This document shows, piece by piece, positions 43,765 to 54,006 of a stretch of 64,000 nt of DNA; position 1 is the stretch's first letter, and the number at the start of each line of letters is the position of its first letter. The stretch comes from an uncultured Candidatus Saccharibacteria bacterium (GTDB lineage: Bacteria; Patescibacteriota; Minisyncoccia; Phycocordibacterales; XYD1-FULL-46-19). The notes under the pieces were generated by a model, which worked only from the letters and a program-made list of their open reading frames with translations, was not told where the DNA came from and did no database searches. The DNA lies in the NCBI GenBank assembly GCA_964539475.1, contig CAZIIR010000001.1:2869-66868 (forward strand). Direction: 5' to 3'. The position numbers were made by a program, and so were the translations under genes.

Positions 43765-44871
43765 TTAAGCCCAAAAGCCTATTAGCGTAACAGTAGAGCT
43801 TGCAACAACTGGTGTTCCAGAAAGAATATTAGATTGAAGTGTAACAGTTCCACCGGAAGTTGTCACAACAAACACTCTTCGTGTAATAAATACAGATTCA
43901 CCTGCTGGAACATAAGCTACCTGTAACTGTGTTCCATTAACAGTAATATTCATTATTGACCCTGTTGCTCCTGCGTCTTCAATTACAAGAATAAGCTCAA
44001 GCTCAGCAACTACAGCACCACCACAAAGAGATATAGATGGAGCATTAAGACCTGCCCATGAATATGCTATAGATGTAGTATGACCTGTGTATAGATTATT
44101 AAGCCTTAAGTCCAATGACTTTCTATCGTGAGCAACACATAATGCTGGCTTTCCTTTTTTTAAGCATCCTTTTTCATCTGTGTAAACAAGATACTTGTGA
44201 GTCAATACATCGTTGTATGTAACGCTTGCTTCATTTGTTATAGACATTTCTGGCATACACAAAGTCCTGCCACCTTGTCCTGTAAATATGCGCTTTATCT
44301 TACGAAGACAAGCCTCGATAAATGTTCCACCAAAAAGAAATGCAGCCTGATGGTCTGGATCGGTATCAAGTTCTGGAGTTGCATAAAAGCAAATCTCATC
44401 TGATTCGTTTAATATTTTTATTACAGAATCAACTCCTTCTGTTTCAAGAAGAGTAAGAAATTGCTCTTTCAGATAGTCAGAGCATCCAAATGGAGGTGCT
44501 GGAAAAATAACCGCTCCTTCTGGAATTACAACTCCGGGCTCTGGATTGCCAGCTACCTTATTAATTGTATTTCCTTTCTCGCATCCATTAAGAACCTTAA
44601 GGACACGCTCTCCGACTTCTGTTATTCGATAGAATCCATACTTGGATTTACCAATTACAATTCCAACATACTGACCAACCCCCCACAGTTTAGCTTGGCA
44701 AACATGAAGATTTGCAATCTTTCCAACTGCTGGAACTGTAAAGTCCTCGATTGATCTATCGTGGAATTTACCAGATTGCGATGTGCATGGTGATCCTTCG
44801 TTCTGAACATCACTACAAAGAGTTGATGCAGGTATAAGGATTTTATCTTCGTTTTGGCATCCGCAGGACAT
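43765..44871 (-). CDS. Cys-rich putative tail protein
   Basis: ORF track. Confidence 0.45.
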   Translation of the reverse strand: MSCGCQNEDKILIPASTLCSDVQNEGSPCTSQSGKFHDRSIEDFTVPAVGKIANLHVCQAKLWGVGQYVGIVIGKSKYGFYRITEVGERVLKVLNGCEKGNTINKVAGNPEPGVVIPEGAVIFPAPPFGCSDYLKEQFLTLLETEGVDSVIKILNESDEICFYATPELDTDPDHQAAFLFGGTFIEACLRKIKRIFTGQGGRTLCMPEMSITNEASVTYNDVLTHKYLVYTDEKGCLKKGKPALCVAHDRKSLDLRLNNLYTGHTTSIAYSWAGLNAPSISLCGGAVVAELELILVIEDAGATGSIMNITVNGTQLQVAYVPAGESVFITRRVFVVTTSGGTVTLQSNILSGTPVVASSTVTLIGFWA

Positions 44872-44873
44872 AA

Positions 44874-45605
44874 TTATTGAGGGTAAATTATTTGTAAGAA
44901 TCTAATATCATTATTAGAAAGTTTATCATTCCATCCAACTGTTATATTTGCAAGACCTTGTGGTATTGGATATTCCATAATGGAAGTAGCATCAAAATCA
45001 GTTGCCGTGTATCGTGAAGCTTTGCTTCTGTTTAATACTTGAAAGTCTATTTGCTCTTTAGACCATCCTTGTGTTGATGCGTAATATTTATATACAGCAG
45101 ATTTATTCCAAATTAGATTAATTGCTTTTGGACTTTGGTGTTCATGCTCAAGACCTATTGCGTGAAGAATTTCATGTTGAGCAACACGATCCCATTCTGC
45201 TTTTCCATCACCAAAAACACCAGACTTAAGCTCAAGATTCATTGTAGCTTGATTGCTAGAAATAGTCTTGCAATCAACACCTAAGTAACTCCAGTGCCCT
45301 TGTCCTGAATCAAACCTAACTCTGATGTCACTAGGTCCAGTTGTTACTTGAGTAAAGCGAAGATTAACTAAATTATCAATCGCCTGAAATCGCTTCCATG
45401 CTTCTGCTTTTTGTCCAGCTTTTCCTGTCAAAAACTTAACACGAAGAACTGACTTCTGTGTCCAAAACTTTGAGTTTTGACCCCATGCTTTTAGTGCAAG
45501 GCTGTTTGTTTGCATTGCTCGAATAGCAACACAACTTTTGCATTTATCGTCAGCTATGACATTAAATGCAAATACTGATAAAATTATTACAAGTAGTGTT
45601 TTCAT
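44874..45605 (-). CDS. secreted zinc metallopeptidase of the metzincin type (HExxHxxGxxHE, astacin-like) with a signal peptide
   Basis: HEILHAIGLEHEH at residues 144-156. N-terminal MKTLLVIILSVFAFNVIA signal-like sequence. Confidence 0.55.
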   Translation of the reverse strand: MKTLLVIILSVFAFNVIADDKCKSCVAIRAMQTNSLALKAWGQNSKFWTQKSVLRVKFLTGKAGQKAEAWKRFQAIDNLVNLRFTQVTTGPSDIRVRFDSGQGHWSYLGVDCKTISSNQATMNLELKSGVFGDGKAEWDRVAQHEILHAIGLEHEHQSPKAINLIWNKSAVYKYYASTQGWSKEQIDFQVLNRSKASRYTATDFDATSIMEYPIPQGLANITVGWNDKLSNNDIRFLQIIYPQ

Positions 45606-46027
45606 TATCGTCTAACCGACCAAACATCAGAGATTGAGTATTTTGAAATATTAACCTCGTTGCTTTGATTTCCACCAAGGCAGTATATAAACTTACCTTG
45701 AACTTTTTCAAGAAGAGTAACATGATTTCCTCCTGATCTCCTCATAATAATTGTATCGCCTTTTTTCCAATGATGCGAAGCAAGAGGAACTTCAATTCCC
45801 CATTTAGACCATTCAGCGGCACGATAATGTTCTTTAGGAACTCCTGTTCCTGTCTCAAGTCCCCAAAGACCACGTATGCATCCACACCAAGCTGTTTTAG
45901 AATCATCCTCGTTTAGCCATGATGCAGAAAGCTTAATAGCCTGCTTTATTCTTGGCGTTGACTTTGATCCTGGGGTCTCCTTAAGACCAATGTCTTTTAG
46001 AGCATGATTATAAATTGCTTCACTCAT
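45605..46027 (-). CDS. CHAP/NlpC-P60-like peptidoglycan peptidase (endolysin candidate)
   Basis: Cys-containing TAWCGCIRGLW and downstream GGNHVTLL (His), arranged as in the CHAP fold. Confidence 0.5.
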   Translation of the reverse strand: MSEAIYNHALKDIGLKETPGSKSTPRIKQAIKLSASWLNEDDSKTAWCGCIRGLWGLETGTGVPKEHYRAAEWSKWGIEVPLASHHWKKGDTIIMRRSGGNHVTLLEKVQGKFIYCLGGNQSNEVNISKYSISDVWSVRR

Positions 46028-46034
46028 AATATTT

Positions 46035-46472
46035 TCATTTCAAGAAGTTCTTAAACAGGTTTCCTGTTTCTTTTATTGCTCCAACATTGGCTTCTGGATT
46101 TGATCCTAATACCGTTGCAGCTTGTCCTGTTGTTTTTATTAACAACTGATCTGTTGCTGCACTACTTCGGATTCCTAGTTGTGCTGTCGCTTGTTTTCCT
46201 GCGTTGTATGCATCGTATGATCCTGCTGCTAGTGCTGATGCCCCATATGAAACTACACCATTAATACCATGTTTAAAGCTTGCTTCATCATCTGTTTTGA
46301 CATACATTCCTTTTCCTTTTGTTGAATCAAACTCAGCTTTTCCTCCCATTTTAACCAAAAGGTTTTTTTCTTTCTTTACCTTTCCTTGGCTAATTTCAGT
46401 CTTTGAGTTATAAGCTGTTGTGCAAGAAACACAAAGCAAGCACAGTAATATATTAATTAGTTTCGTTTTCAT
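46035..46472 (-). CDS. lipoprotein (spanin-like candidate)
   Basis: Signal peptide plus Cys: MKTKLINILLCLLCVSCTT. Confidence 0.45.
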   Translation of the reverse strand: MKTKLINILLCLLCVSCTTAYNSKTEISQGKVKKEKNLLVKMGGKAEFDSTKGKGMYVKTDDEASFKHGINGVVSYGASALAAGSYDAYNAGKQATAQLGIRSSAATDQLLIKTTGQAATVLGSNPEANVGAIKETGNLFKNFLK

Positions 46473-47007
46473 CTTTTTCTTTATTTAATTTGTCTGTTAT
46501 TCTTTTTTCTGCCTCTGTTAAAATAGACTCCGCATAAGAGTCCGACTTTTTATATACTTTCTTTATCAATGATAGTGAAACTATGAAAAAGAAGCCAGTA
46601 ACAATAGCTCCTCCTATTAGCATCATAATGGGATGAAGTATTAATTCTTTACCAACTGGTAAAATAAGTGAAAGAATTATATTAGCAGCACTACCAAGCA
46701 TTAAAGAAAACCCTGCTCTACCACATGTTACATTAGGAGGTTCTTTTCTTATCCTGAAAAGAATAAGACACACAACCATTAATGCTCCACCAAGTAAAGG
46801 AACAAGAAGTCCTCTTAGTTCTGATATATCATTAGTCAACCTTTCTTCTGCCCATATAACAAATCCGATAATAGAAGTAAACATTCCTGCAAAACCCCAT
46901 GTTATCAATTCAATTATTGGTATTACTCTATGTGGCATATTAGTTGTGTCCAATCCTCCGTGATCCTTATCTATAAGAGACTTTTTTAGTTTGTGAGCAC
47001 TGGTCAT
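46453..47007 (-). CDS. four-TM membrane protein (holin candidate)
   Basis: Four hydrophobic helices. Adjacent to the lysis enzymes. Confidence 0.45.
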   Translation of the reverse strand: MTSAHKLKKSLIDKDHGGLDTTNMPHRVIPIIELITWGFAGMFTSIIGFVIWAEERLTNDISELRGLLVPLLGGALMVVCLILFRIRKEPPNVTCGRAGFSLMLGSAANIILSLILPVGKELILHPIMMLIGGAIVTGFFFIVSLSLIKKVYKKSDSYAESILTEAEKRITDKLNKEKDENETN

Positions 47008-47066
47008 GTTTTGGCTTCATCTAATGTTTTTATTACATTTTATTTAAACCTATCAAAACATAATAA

Positions 47067-47450
47067 TTAATGAATATATCTTGAGCTAAGTTTTGATCCA
47101 TAAAATCCACTTGGAGGATTTGGGCCTTGCCAAAACTCGGTTCCATCTTTGCATTTTACAAGTCGCACTGCTTGGTATTTTGCACCATTTTCCCAACTAA
47201 TAACTTTTACTGTTCCTGGGTAGTATGTTCCGCTAGAGTCTGTTTCTGGTTTTCCTGCTTTGGCAATTATATTATCAGAAGAACGCATTACTTCTGCGTC
47301 TCTTTTTCCGCTTGCCATTCCCCTTAGTTGATCAAGATAATTAGAATTATAAAGATTTCCAGAATCTGATTCTATTACAAAATCAGGAGAAGAACAAGAA
47401 ACCAATGTTAAAATAACACTATAGACTATTGTGATGTATGTTTTTTTCAT
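47067..47450 (-). CDS. lipoprotein
   Basis: Lipobox LTLVSC after a signal peptide. Confidence 0.5.
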   Translation of the reverse strand: MKKTYITIVYSVILTLVSCSSPDFVIESDSGNLYNSNYLDQLRGMASGKRDAEVMRSSDNIIAKAGKPETDSSGTYYPGTVKVISWENGAKYQAVRLVKCKDGTEFWQGPNPPSGFYGSKLSSRYIH

Positions 47451-47460
47451 AACTTTTTTA

Positions 47461-48447
47461 TTATATTCCGTATTTTGTTAAAAGATAATTTTCAACAAGT
47501 TGTCTGTCTGATTCACTTAACGCACTATCGTAACCAATTACTTCGTAAATATGCCCGCTGCCAAGCTCTCCGCCAGAAAGGTAAGTGCCGGGCGCTGAAA
47601 TAATTCCCGGTGCGCCTGCTGATCCAACTGTTCCTTGGCTGACTCCATTAAGCCAATGTTGTCCACCGCTACTTGTTTGCACAGCATTATGAAGCCGTAT
47701 TGAGGTATTTCCATTGCTAGATGTCGAGCCTCCGGCGAAACCCGTGTTAGAGTAGTAGGAATAATTAAACGAGTATGGTCCGAGGAGCCAGTTGTTACCA
47801 CCGCTTACCCATCGTCCGTTGGTTGTTCCTGAGTTTTTGTAAACGACAAAGATCGTGCATGTTGAGCCAGCGCTCCATGTAGTATCCATCCACTCCGCGC
47901 CCGCTGTTAGCAAACTCTTCACTCCTCCAATGTCTTTGAACACTGGACGTCTAATACCTGTAGCCTGCGTAGCGTTATTACCTTGTCCGCTGGAGTCAAC
48001 CCAAGTTTCCACAGTTTGCCCGTCTGTTGCTTGCGTAGTGCCTGTGTTATACGCGACACCGTTACCCTTGAGCCATAATTTAAGTCCTGCAATGTTTGCA
48101 GGCGAAAAAGTAGTTATAACTTCTGATGGATCGGATTCACCGTTTCCATTTATAGCTACAACCCAGACGTAATAAAGTGTTCCGTTAATAGTTCCCAAAA
48201 TAATGTGGCTTGTGTCAGACGGACCAGCTACAGGACTTGATTGAAGCGCAAACTCAAAATCATTATTCTCTGAGTAATAAACCTGATAACCTCCCTCCGG
48301 TTCAGGGTCTAACGCATCCCACGATACGTCGACTTGCTCATTGCCTGCTTGAGCGAACACGTTTTGTGGAGGAGAAGGAGGTAGGCCACCGCCGCCCCCG
48401 CTCGGACGGCGAAAGTTAATGTTTTGAACTAATCCGAGCGGAGGCAT
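47461..48447 (-). CDS. tail fibre or receptor-binding protein with FN3-like and ConA/LamG-like lectin domains
   Basis: PPSPPQNV...VDVSWDALDPEPEGGYQVYY (FN3-like), then a jelly-roll-like LKLWLKGNGVAYNTG... Confidence 0.45.
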   Translation of the reverse strand: MPPLGLVQNINFRRPSGGGGGLPPSPPQNVFAQAGNEQVDVSWDALDPEPEGGYQVYYSENNDFEFALQSSPVAGPSDTSHIILGTINGTLYYVWVVAINGNGESDPSEVITTFSPANIAGLKLWLKGNGVAYNTGTTQATDGQTVETWVDSSGQGNNATQATGIRRPVFKDIGGVKSLLTAGAEWMDTTWSAGSTCTIFVVYKNSGTTNGRWVSGGNNWLLGPYSFNYSYYSNTGFAGGSTSSNGNTSIRLHNAVQTSSGGQHWLNGVSQGTVGSAGAPGIISAPGTYLSGGELGSGHIYEVIGYDSALSESDRQLVENYLLTKYGI

Positions 48448-48454
48448 AATATAT

Positions 48455-48736
48455 TTATTCCGCTGGTTGGTTGTAGCAACGGACTGCCCCTGATGCTAAT
48501 TGAATCTTACTGAAACGCCCGTAGATAACATCACCAACAATATATGTTGCTCCCGCTGTAACAACACCAGAAACCATGTTTATACCATTGATGTTTGCAT
48601 TACCCTTTAGTTTTGCAAAAACAGTGTCTTCCAAAATTTGAATAACAGATACACAAACATCTTCAACCTCGTCTGTGTCCCAAATCTCAAATGATCCAGC
48701 GTATCCGTCTTCAATTATAACACTTTGTGGTCGCAT
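48455..48736 (-). CDS. hypothetical structural protein
   Basis: ORF track. Confidence 0.4.
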   Translation of the reverse strand: MRPQSVIIEDGYAGSFEIWDTDEVEDVCVSVIQILEDTVFAKLKGNANINGINMVSGVVTAGATYIVGDVIYGRFSKIQLASGAVRCYNQPAE

Positions 48737-48740
48737 ATAA

Positions 48741-49304
48741 TTATGATGCTGGCATTGCTCTAAGAGCAGTGTAGTTCAACTTGGTTGTTGTGTCTGTTCC
48801 GTTTGCGGAAAGAGTTACGTTAATCTGTCCTGCTGCTGCTACAGCCTTAGTAACAAGTTCTGCTGCTGCTTGGCTATGAAGAGTCACATGAACAGTATCA
48901 GTAGCAAGAAGACCAGCTATAGGAATATCACCTGCTGTTGCTACTCCGTCGTTCCATGTATGGATTCCTGATCCAACTACATAGTGAGAAGCTGTTTCAA
49001 TTGCTGCTTCTGATTGAGAGTCAATCAACTGAACTTGCAGTAGTTTAAGACGATCAATCTCGGCGCGAGCCCAATGGTATTCTGTTTCACTCAAAGGAGT
49101 TCCACAAATAATTTTATTATAAAGCGATAGCAGTGTAAGGTTTCCTGTTTCTGCGCTTGTGGGAATAACCGAAGGCTCTACTGCATAAAGTAGATCATAA
49201 GCGTTTCCAATCTCCAAGGATTTTAGTTCAAAGTCTTTTAATCCACCGCATTGTGCAATGGAGCGAGCAGTAACTAACCAATTTTTTTCTACGGTGGGTG
49301 TCAT
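48741..49304 (-). CDS. hypothetical structural protein
   Basis: ORF track. Confidence 0.45.
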   Translation of the reverse strand: MTPTVEKNWLVTARSIAQCGGLKDFELKSLEIGNAYDLLYAVEPSVIPTSAETGNLTLLSLYNKIICGTPLSETEYHWARAEIDRLKLLQVQLIDSQSEAAIETASHYVVGSGIHTWNDGVATAGDIPIAGLLATDTVHVTLHSQAAAELVTKAVAAAGQINVTLSANGTDTTTKLNYTALRAMPAS

Positions 49305-49325
49305 AGTATCTTACTATAGCCGACT

Positions 49326-50012
49326 TTAAGTTAAAGTCAACTGTTTGTTTAATATTTTTTTTGCAATTAGATTATACGGATTTATTGGTTCTATTTTTAC
49401 AATTTCTTCCAATGGATACATATCTCCTGAGTATTTCATTTTAGCATGTGGTAATAACATTACTGCACATCTTATCATTCTTGAAACAAGTTCTATTTCA
49501 TATCCTCCACATGCAGGAAGACCTTCAAGATTTATCATTACAGCAAATCTTGGCCATAAAGCAAAAAGCCTATTGATCGCCCTTTGTGCATCTGTAATAT
49601 CTTTATTAACAATTGCCCATATCGCACGAAGAACACAAAGCCTTGATATATTAACCATTGTAAATGGATTTATAGTAAGCGATGCTCCATCAAGAAGTTT
49701 TGGCTTGTCTTCAATGTCATTAAATATCATAAAGTATGTCCTTGCTGTTATTAGAGAGCAATGCCACCTATAATGATAAAACTGATTTTCTTCGTTTGAT
49801 ACAACTTCAAATGCTTTTGGAAATGCTTTTTGTAAAAGCTCTATATTTGAATACTTTCCTTCTAAGTGTCTATATGTCAGCCAGCATATAGACTTACCAA
49901 TTGATGGTAAAAATCTCCATTCTAAGTTTAGTAATTTATATATTACAGATTCACAATCTGCAATTTTTTTTTCTATTGAATCATCTAGCTCAAGTCTTTT
50001 TCCGATGTCCAT
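49326..50012 (-). CDS. hypothetical protein
   Basis: ORF track. Confidence 0.45.
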   Translation of the reverse strand: MDIGKRLELDDSIEKKIADCESVIYKLLNLEWRFLPSIGKSICWLTYRHLEGKYSNIELLQKAFPKAFEVVSNEENQFYHYRWHCSLITARTYFMIFNDIEDKPKLLDGASLTINPFTMVNISRLCVLRAIWAIVNKDITDAQRAINRLFALWPRFAVMINLEGLPACGGYEIELVSRMIRCAVMLLPHAKMKYSGDMYPLEEIVKIEPINPYNLIAKKILNKQLTLT

Positions 50013-50896
50013 AGCGCAATTCTTTCCTTTGCTTTAATAATTGCATCATCTACCCACTCTTGTCTTCTTGTTGCTTCTTGTGCTGAGTAAAGACGAGCGG
50101 CTGTTAATGTCCTACAGTGATCAATTCTATCGTCATCTGTTCTTTCGTGATTCTTTTCTTTTCCTATTAGCTTCGCATTAAATCCAGCTTCCCATAAATA
50201 GTAATTAAGAAGAATCTCAGTATCTGGCCAATTGTTTCCCATCTCAGGATGGTTTGGAATGAATTGCAGACCTTGTTTATTACATAGCTTTCTAAGGCTC
50301 CATGCTGCATTTATGTGATCCATTGTTGGAACATGAAGCATTGTGCATGTATGGCTTACCATATACTGCCAATCAGAATGCTCTCTTGGTGTCATCTGAT
50401 AACCAACAGCAGGTCTTTGATCGTCAGTTAGAAGAATCAATTCTTCTAATACATTTCTTCGTTTTAGAAATACATCTGTATGAGTGCAAAACAAATGTTC
50501 TGTCCTACATACTGACATAGCCAAATCCATAGCATGAGCAGGATAATCGCTGGAATGAATTACTCCTTTAAACCTTAGTCGATGAATCTCTATGTCATCA
50601 TCATCTGCAAACTTCTTTTCAATTATGTCGAAGTTTTCCTTTGTGCTGCCAGTATCAACAAGAACAATAAATGGTCGCGCAGTTTGAAGTCGTAATAATT
50701 CTATTACATATTCAACAGTATCAGGAGTATCGAGAATTGGTATCCATGCTTCACATGCATATTCCCATGGCTTCTTCTCGATAACTCCTTTTTGTGCTGA
50801 TTCTCTACCTCTTGCTGGCGACCATTTATCGTCTGTTTGTTTGATTACTGGTGCGTTTTCTTCTTTAATAATAACTGACTTTAGCTCTTTTGGCAT
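49985..50896 (-). CDS. GT2-like glycosyltransferase
   Basis: FIVLVDTGSTKENFD resembles the GT-A IVVDDGSTD motif. Acidic ADDDDIE. Confidence 0.4.
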   Translation of the reverse strand: MPKELKSVIIKEENAPVIKQTDDKWSPARGRESAQKGVIEKKPWEYACEAWIPILDTPDTVEYVIELLRLQTARPFIVLVDTGSTKENFDIIEKKFADDDDIEIHRLRFKGVIHSSDYPAHAMDLAMSVCRTEHLFCTHTDVFLKRRNVLEELILLTDDQRPAVGYQMTPREHSDWQYMVSHTCTMLHVPTMDHINAAWSLRKLCNKQGLQFIPNHPEMGNNWPDTEILLNYYLWEAGFNAKLIGKEKNHERTDDDRIDHCRTLTAARLYSAQEATRRQEWVDDAIIKAKERIALWTSEKDLS

Positions 50897-50915
50897 GACT
50901 TTAATTAATTTATTG

Positions 50916-51566
50916 CTACTCCTCTGTAATCACATCAACTGGACTCACGATGATGTAAAAATCAAGTGCTGGCATTGTGCATGAAGCAGCGTTTGCATTC
51001 AGATACTTAACTTTTACTCCGTAGATATGTCCTGGGAATATGTTGTTAGCTATAGTATTACCTTCGTCCGTGTCTTTGTCATGAAGACTTGTTGACGTAA
51101 GAAGAAGAGTATTACCAATTTGAGCACCTGATGTAAAATCCCAAAATCTTACTTCAAGACTTGCTGCTCCTACATAAGCACCACCACAAGCATTCCAGTC
51201 AATGGTGGAAACACCAATTCCTAAAACCTTGTTATTAAATGGCGATTTTGAATACTGAGTTATTGTTTCATCATTAGGATCAACTGTATCTCCCTCTGGT
51301 GTAGAAAAAAGAATAATACCAGAGGCATAACCTTTCTCCTGAACTCGATCAGTGTATTCCCTAATTGCTGCCGCAATATCAACCAGTGCTCCATACAAAT
51401 TAATAATGCCGTCACCTAAAGTGTAGCATGTATGTTTTGTATATCTAATGAATGTTGACAAAAACGATGGCTTGGTAGCTGTTCTTGCTTCACATGTGCA
51501 ATCTTCTGTTGGCATAGTCGTAATATTTTTATTGTTACAAAAAAGGGGGAGTAGGAATGACCCCAC
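50916..51566 (-). CDS. hypothetical capsid-associated protein (possible ATG start at M18, about 51515)
   Basis: ORF track. Position immediately downstream of the MCP. Confidence 0.4.
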   Translation of the reverse strand: MGSFLLPLFCNNKNITTMPTEDCTCEARTATKPSFLSTFIRYTKHTCYTLGDGIINLYGALVDIAAAIREYTDRVQEKGYASGIILFSTPEGDTVDPNDETITQYSKSPFNNKVLGIGVSTIDWNACGGAYVGAASLEVRFWDFTSGAQIGNTLLLTSTSLHDKDTDEGNTIANNIFPGHIYGVKVKYLNANAASCTMPALDFYIIVSPVDVITEE

Positions 51567-51588
51567 TCCCCCAATTTTTCATCATCTA

Positions 51589-53640
51589 TTAAGCACAAGT
51601 CACACGAATACTCACAGCACCTTCTCGGAATGCGCATCCGAAACCAGCTTCCGCAGTCTGAATGACATAGGTAAGCGTATCTGGATTAACACTAGAGATT
51701 GTTCCGCTAATAGCAGTGCTGATAATAACACCTTCTTCATCGTAGAAGCCGACGTTAACAGTAGCTCCAACATTGCAGTTCAGAGAGCTGTCAAGAACGA
51801 CCTTGATTGCATCTTCTGCTATTGCATCGTCATCAGTGCTATCAGCACAACTAACAACAGTTCCGTAAGTTGGGGTTGCATCTGGACATCCAATGTATGC
51901 AATGCACTCATCAGCAGCAAGCGCAGAGGCAAGCTTGATAAGAACAGTCCAGTCTGGATTCACTACATTCGGGCGGAAGATTTCGACAATCGTAGCCGCG
52001 CGAACCTTGGTAGTATCTCCAGAATCATCATCATTGATGTGAACCTGAATAGTGCTACCGCAGACACAAGAACCAAGAGGAGATTGATTAGGAGCAATCG
52101 AATCTTGGTTTTCCTTGCGAATCTTAACCATGTAATGAAGATTTGCAGCATCACCACAGGATTTGGTGGAGCATTTAACCTTCCTTACACTGGAGGAGCT
52201 AGTAATATTATTACTAACCTTCGTGTTGTTAGGATTGCAACCAATGGTCAGAATCGAGCAACTCTGAGTCTTTGGAACGATGGTGAACACAGGCTGGAGA
52301 TCGCAAGTATTTGGAGCGCGAAGACGAATCTTTTTAGCGCGAGCAATCATACCCCAACTTGCATCAGGATTAAGCATACGGAAGCCCATTTCATACCGCT
52401 TACGGAAGTGAGGCATGTTAAGGTCTTCGTTACACTCCTTATCGTAATCGTTACGATATTCCCAATCGCCCTTACCGGAGATAGGATGAATTGGCATTCC
52501 TTCGATACCAGTCGAGATAACTGGACGACTAAGGATTTCACCAGCACCCTTACCAATGGCTTGAACAAGGAAGAATGGAGCGTTACGATATTCACGGAAG
52601 TCGTAAACAGAACGAACACCAGTGTCAACCTCAACGTCTTTACGACCCTGAACAACAGCGAGTCCACCTTCGGAGCTTTCTGCAAAGCGAGGAAGGGCTG
52701 GAACAGAGCGCATAATAAAATTACCAATAGTATGACGCTCTTGGTCTTCATACACAGAGCCGTTCAACATCGGCACTTTTTGTGTGTATTTAGAACGCTC
52801 GATATACTCTGGATTATCAAGGATTTCCCTCTTATACCAGTCTTCTGGATACCAGAACTCAAACAATGGCTCACCACGCTGACCCTTAGCAATATAGTTA
52901 GGATTGCGAGAATCAGTCAATGCGGAGCCGAAGTTATCCAAGAAGGACAAGTCAACAGGCATGATGTTGCTTGGGTTTCCAACCTGAGGATACAACGGAT
53001 TCATGTAAGAGTAGCGATACCCTTGCAGAGCATTGTATGGACTAAAGTTTTCAACTGGAACAATATTGCCAGAACCATCGTTCTCGACTTCAAGAGCCCA
53101 TTTGTGACCAGTCATCCGAATGAGAGCCATGGTATAGAATATATTCATTACCTGCTCGTCAACAGAGAACCGCTCCTTCACAATCATTTCGGCAATTTGC
53201 TTTGCCTGCATGGAAGTGCGGATATTAGCGATACACATACGACGGGTTTTGAAGCCGGTCTTATACATTTCCAATTCAGGAATAGCAGAGATGCCTCCCT
53301 GTGGAATTTCGCAGTAATCCGTATGACATTCATTAGCAGAACCAGGAGAGCAAATCTCCATGGAACGCTGAAAGATCCCCATGTCAAAGGGAATATGAGC
53401 AGAGTGATAAACTCGACCCAATTCGGTTGTTCCGCTCCAGTCTTTCCACTCACGAACTGGAAACAGTCCGGTGAGGTATTTATACATGGAGTCATACATG
53501 ACTTTCATTTGTTCCACCTTCTCGCTCCAAAGAGCGTTAGGTCCGTCTTTAAAAACCAAGTCAATAACTTGGTCGCGAGACATGTCGTCTCCACAGGCTT
53601 CTACCTGATCTATCCATTCGTCTGATGTTAAGTGTGGCAT
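51589..53640 (-). CDS. major capsid protein candidate with a Cys/Ser/Thr-rich C-terminal extension
   Basis: Position after the scaffold gene, size, operon orientation and composition. The 725-aa antisense ORF is rejected. Confidence 0.5.
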   Translation of the reverse strand: MPHLTSDEWIDQVEACGDDMSRDQVIDLVFKDGPNALWSEKVEQMKVMYDSMYKYLTGLFPVREWKDWSGTTELGRVYHSAHIPFDMGIFQRSMEICSPGSANECHTDYCEIPQGGISAIPELEMYKTGFKTRRMCIANIRTSMQAKQIAEMIVKERFSVDEQVMNIFYTMALIRMTGHKWALEVENDGSGNIVPVENFSPYNALQGYRYSYMNPLYPQVGNPSNIMPVDLSFLDNFGSALTDSRNPNYIAKGQRGEPLFEFWYPEDWYKREILDNPEYIERSKYTQKVPMLNGSVYEDQERHTIGNFIMRSVPALPRFAESSEGGLAVVQGRKDVEVDTGVRSVYDFREYRNAPFFLVQAIGKGAGEILSRPVISTGIEGMPIHPISGKGDWEYRNDYDKECNEDLNMPHFRKRYEMGFRMLNPDASWGMIARAKKIRLRAPNTCDLQPVFTIVPKTQSCSILTIGCNPNNTKVSNNITSSSSVRKVKCSTKSCGDAANLHYMVKIRKENQDSIAPNQSPLGSCVCGSTIQVHINDDDSGDTTKVRAATIVEIFRPNVVNPDWTVLIKLASALAADECIAYIGCPDATPTYGTVVSCADSTDDDAIAEDAIKVVLDSSLNCNVGATVNVGFYDEEGVIISTAISGTISSVNPDTLTYVIQTAEAGFGCAFREGAVSIRVTCA

Positions 53641-53808
53641 CTGATTTTGATTTTAATGTTTTTATTACGATTATCGTCCTGTTTGATGCCAACCAAACTT
53701 ATAGCGGCAAACCCTCTTGTAGCCAACTCAAGATAAGGCATTAGGTCTTACTACTTCCGGATTTCAATGATGACTATACTACAGTATTAAGAATAAGCAA
53801 CTAATATT

Positions 53809-54006
53809 TTAATTATTTGTTAATTCAAGTTTACTAAGTAAAACTAGCTTTAATTCTCCTCTTGTTTTGACAAGACCGAATTTTCTGATTCCTAAAAAGC
53901 CAGTTGTTATACCTATTAGACTTCCATAGGTATAACAATACATATATCCAGCATCGTAACTTGGATCAAGATATTTCTCTTTCCATTTTACATTGAGCGA
54001 GTTCAT
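53809..54006 (-). CDS. small hypothetical protein (may be spurious)
   Basis: ORF track. Confidence 0.25.
   Translation of the reverse strand: MNSLNVKWKEKYLDPSYDAGYMYCYTYGSLIGITTGFLGIRKFGLVKTRGELKLVLLSKLELTNN

Noticed and set aside
51448-53625. 725-aa + strand ORF antisense to the major capsid protein gene
   Set aside because: Its translation is low-complexity junk, rich in S/T/N/R/I runs. The - strand partner has sensible composition and sits in the late operon. Stop-free antisense frames are expected in a GC-enriched, codon-biased, highly expressed gene
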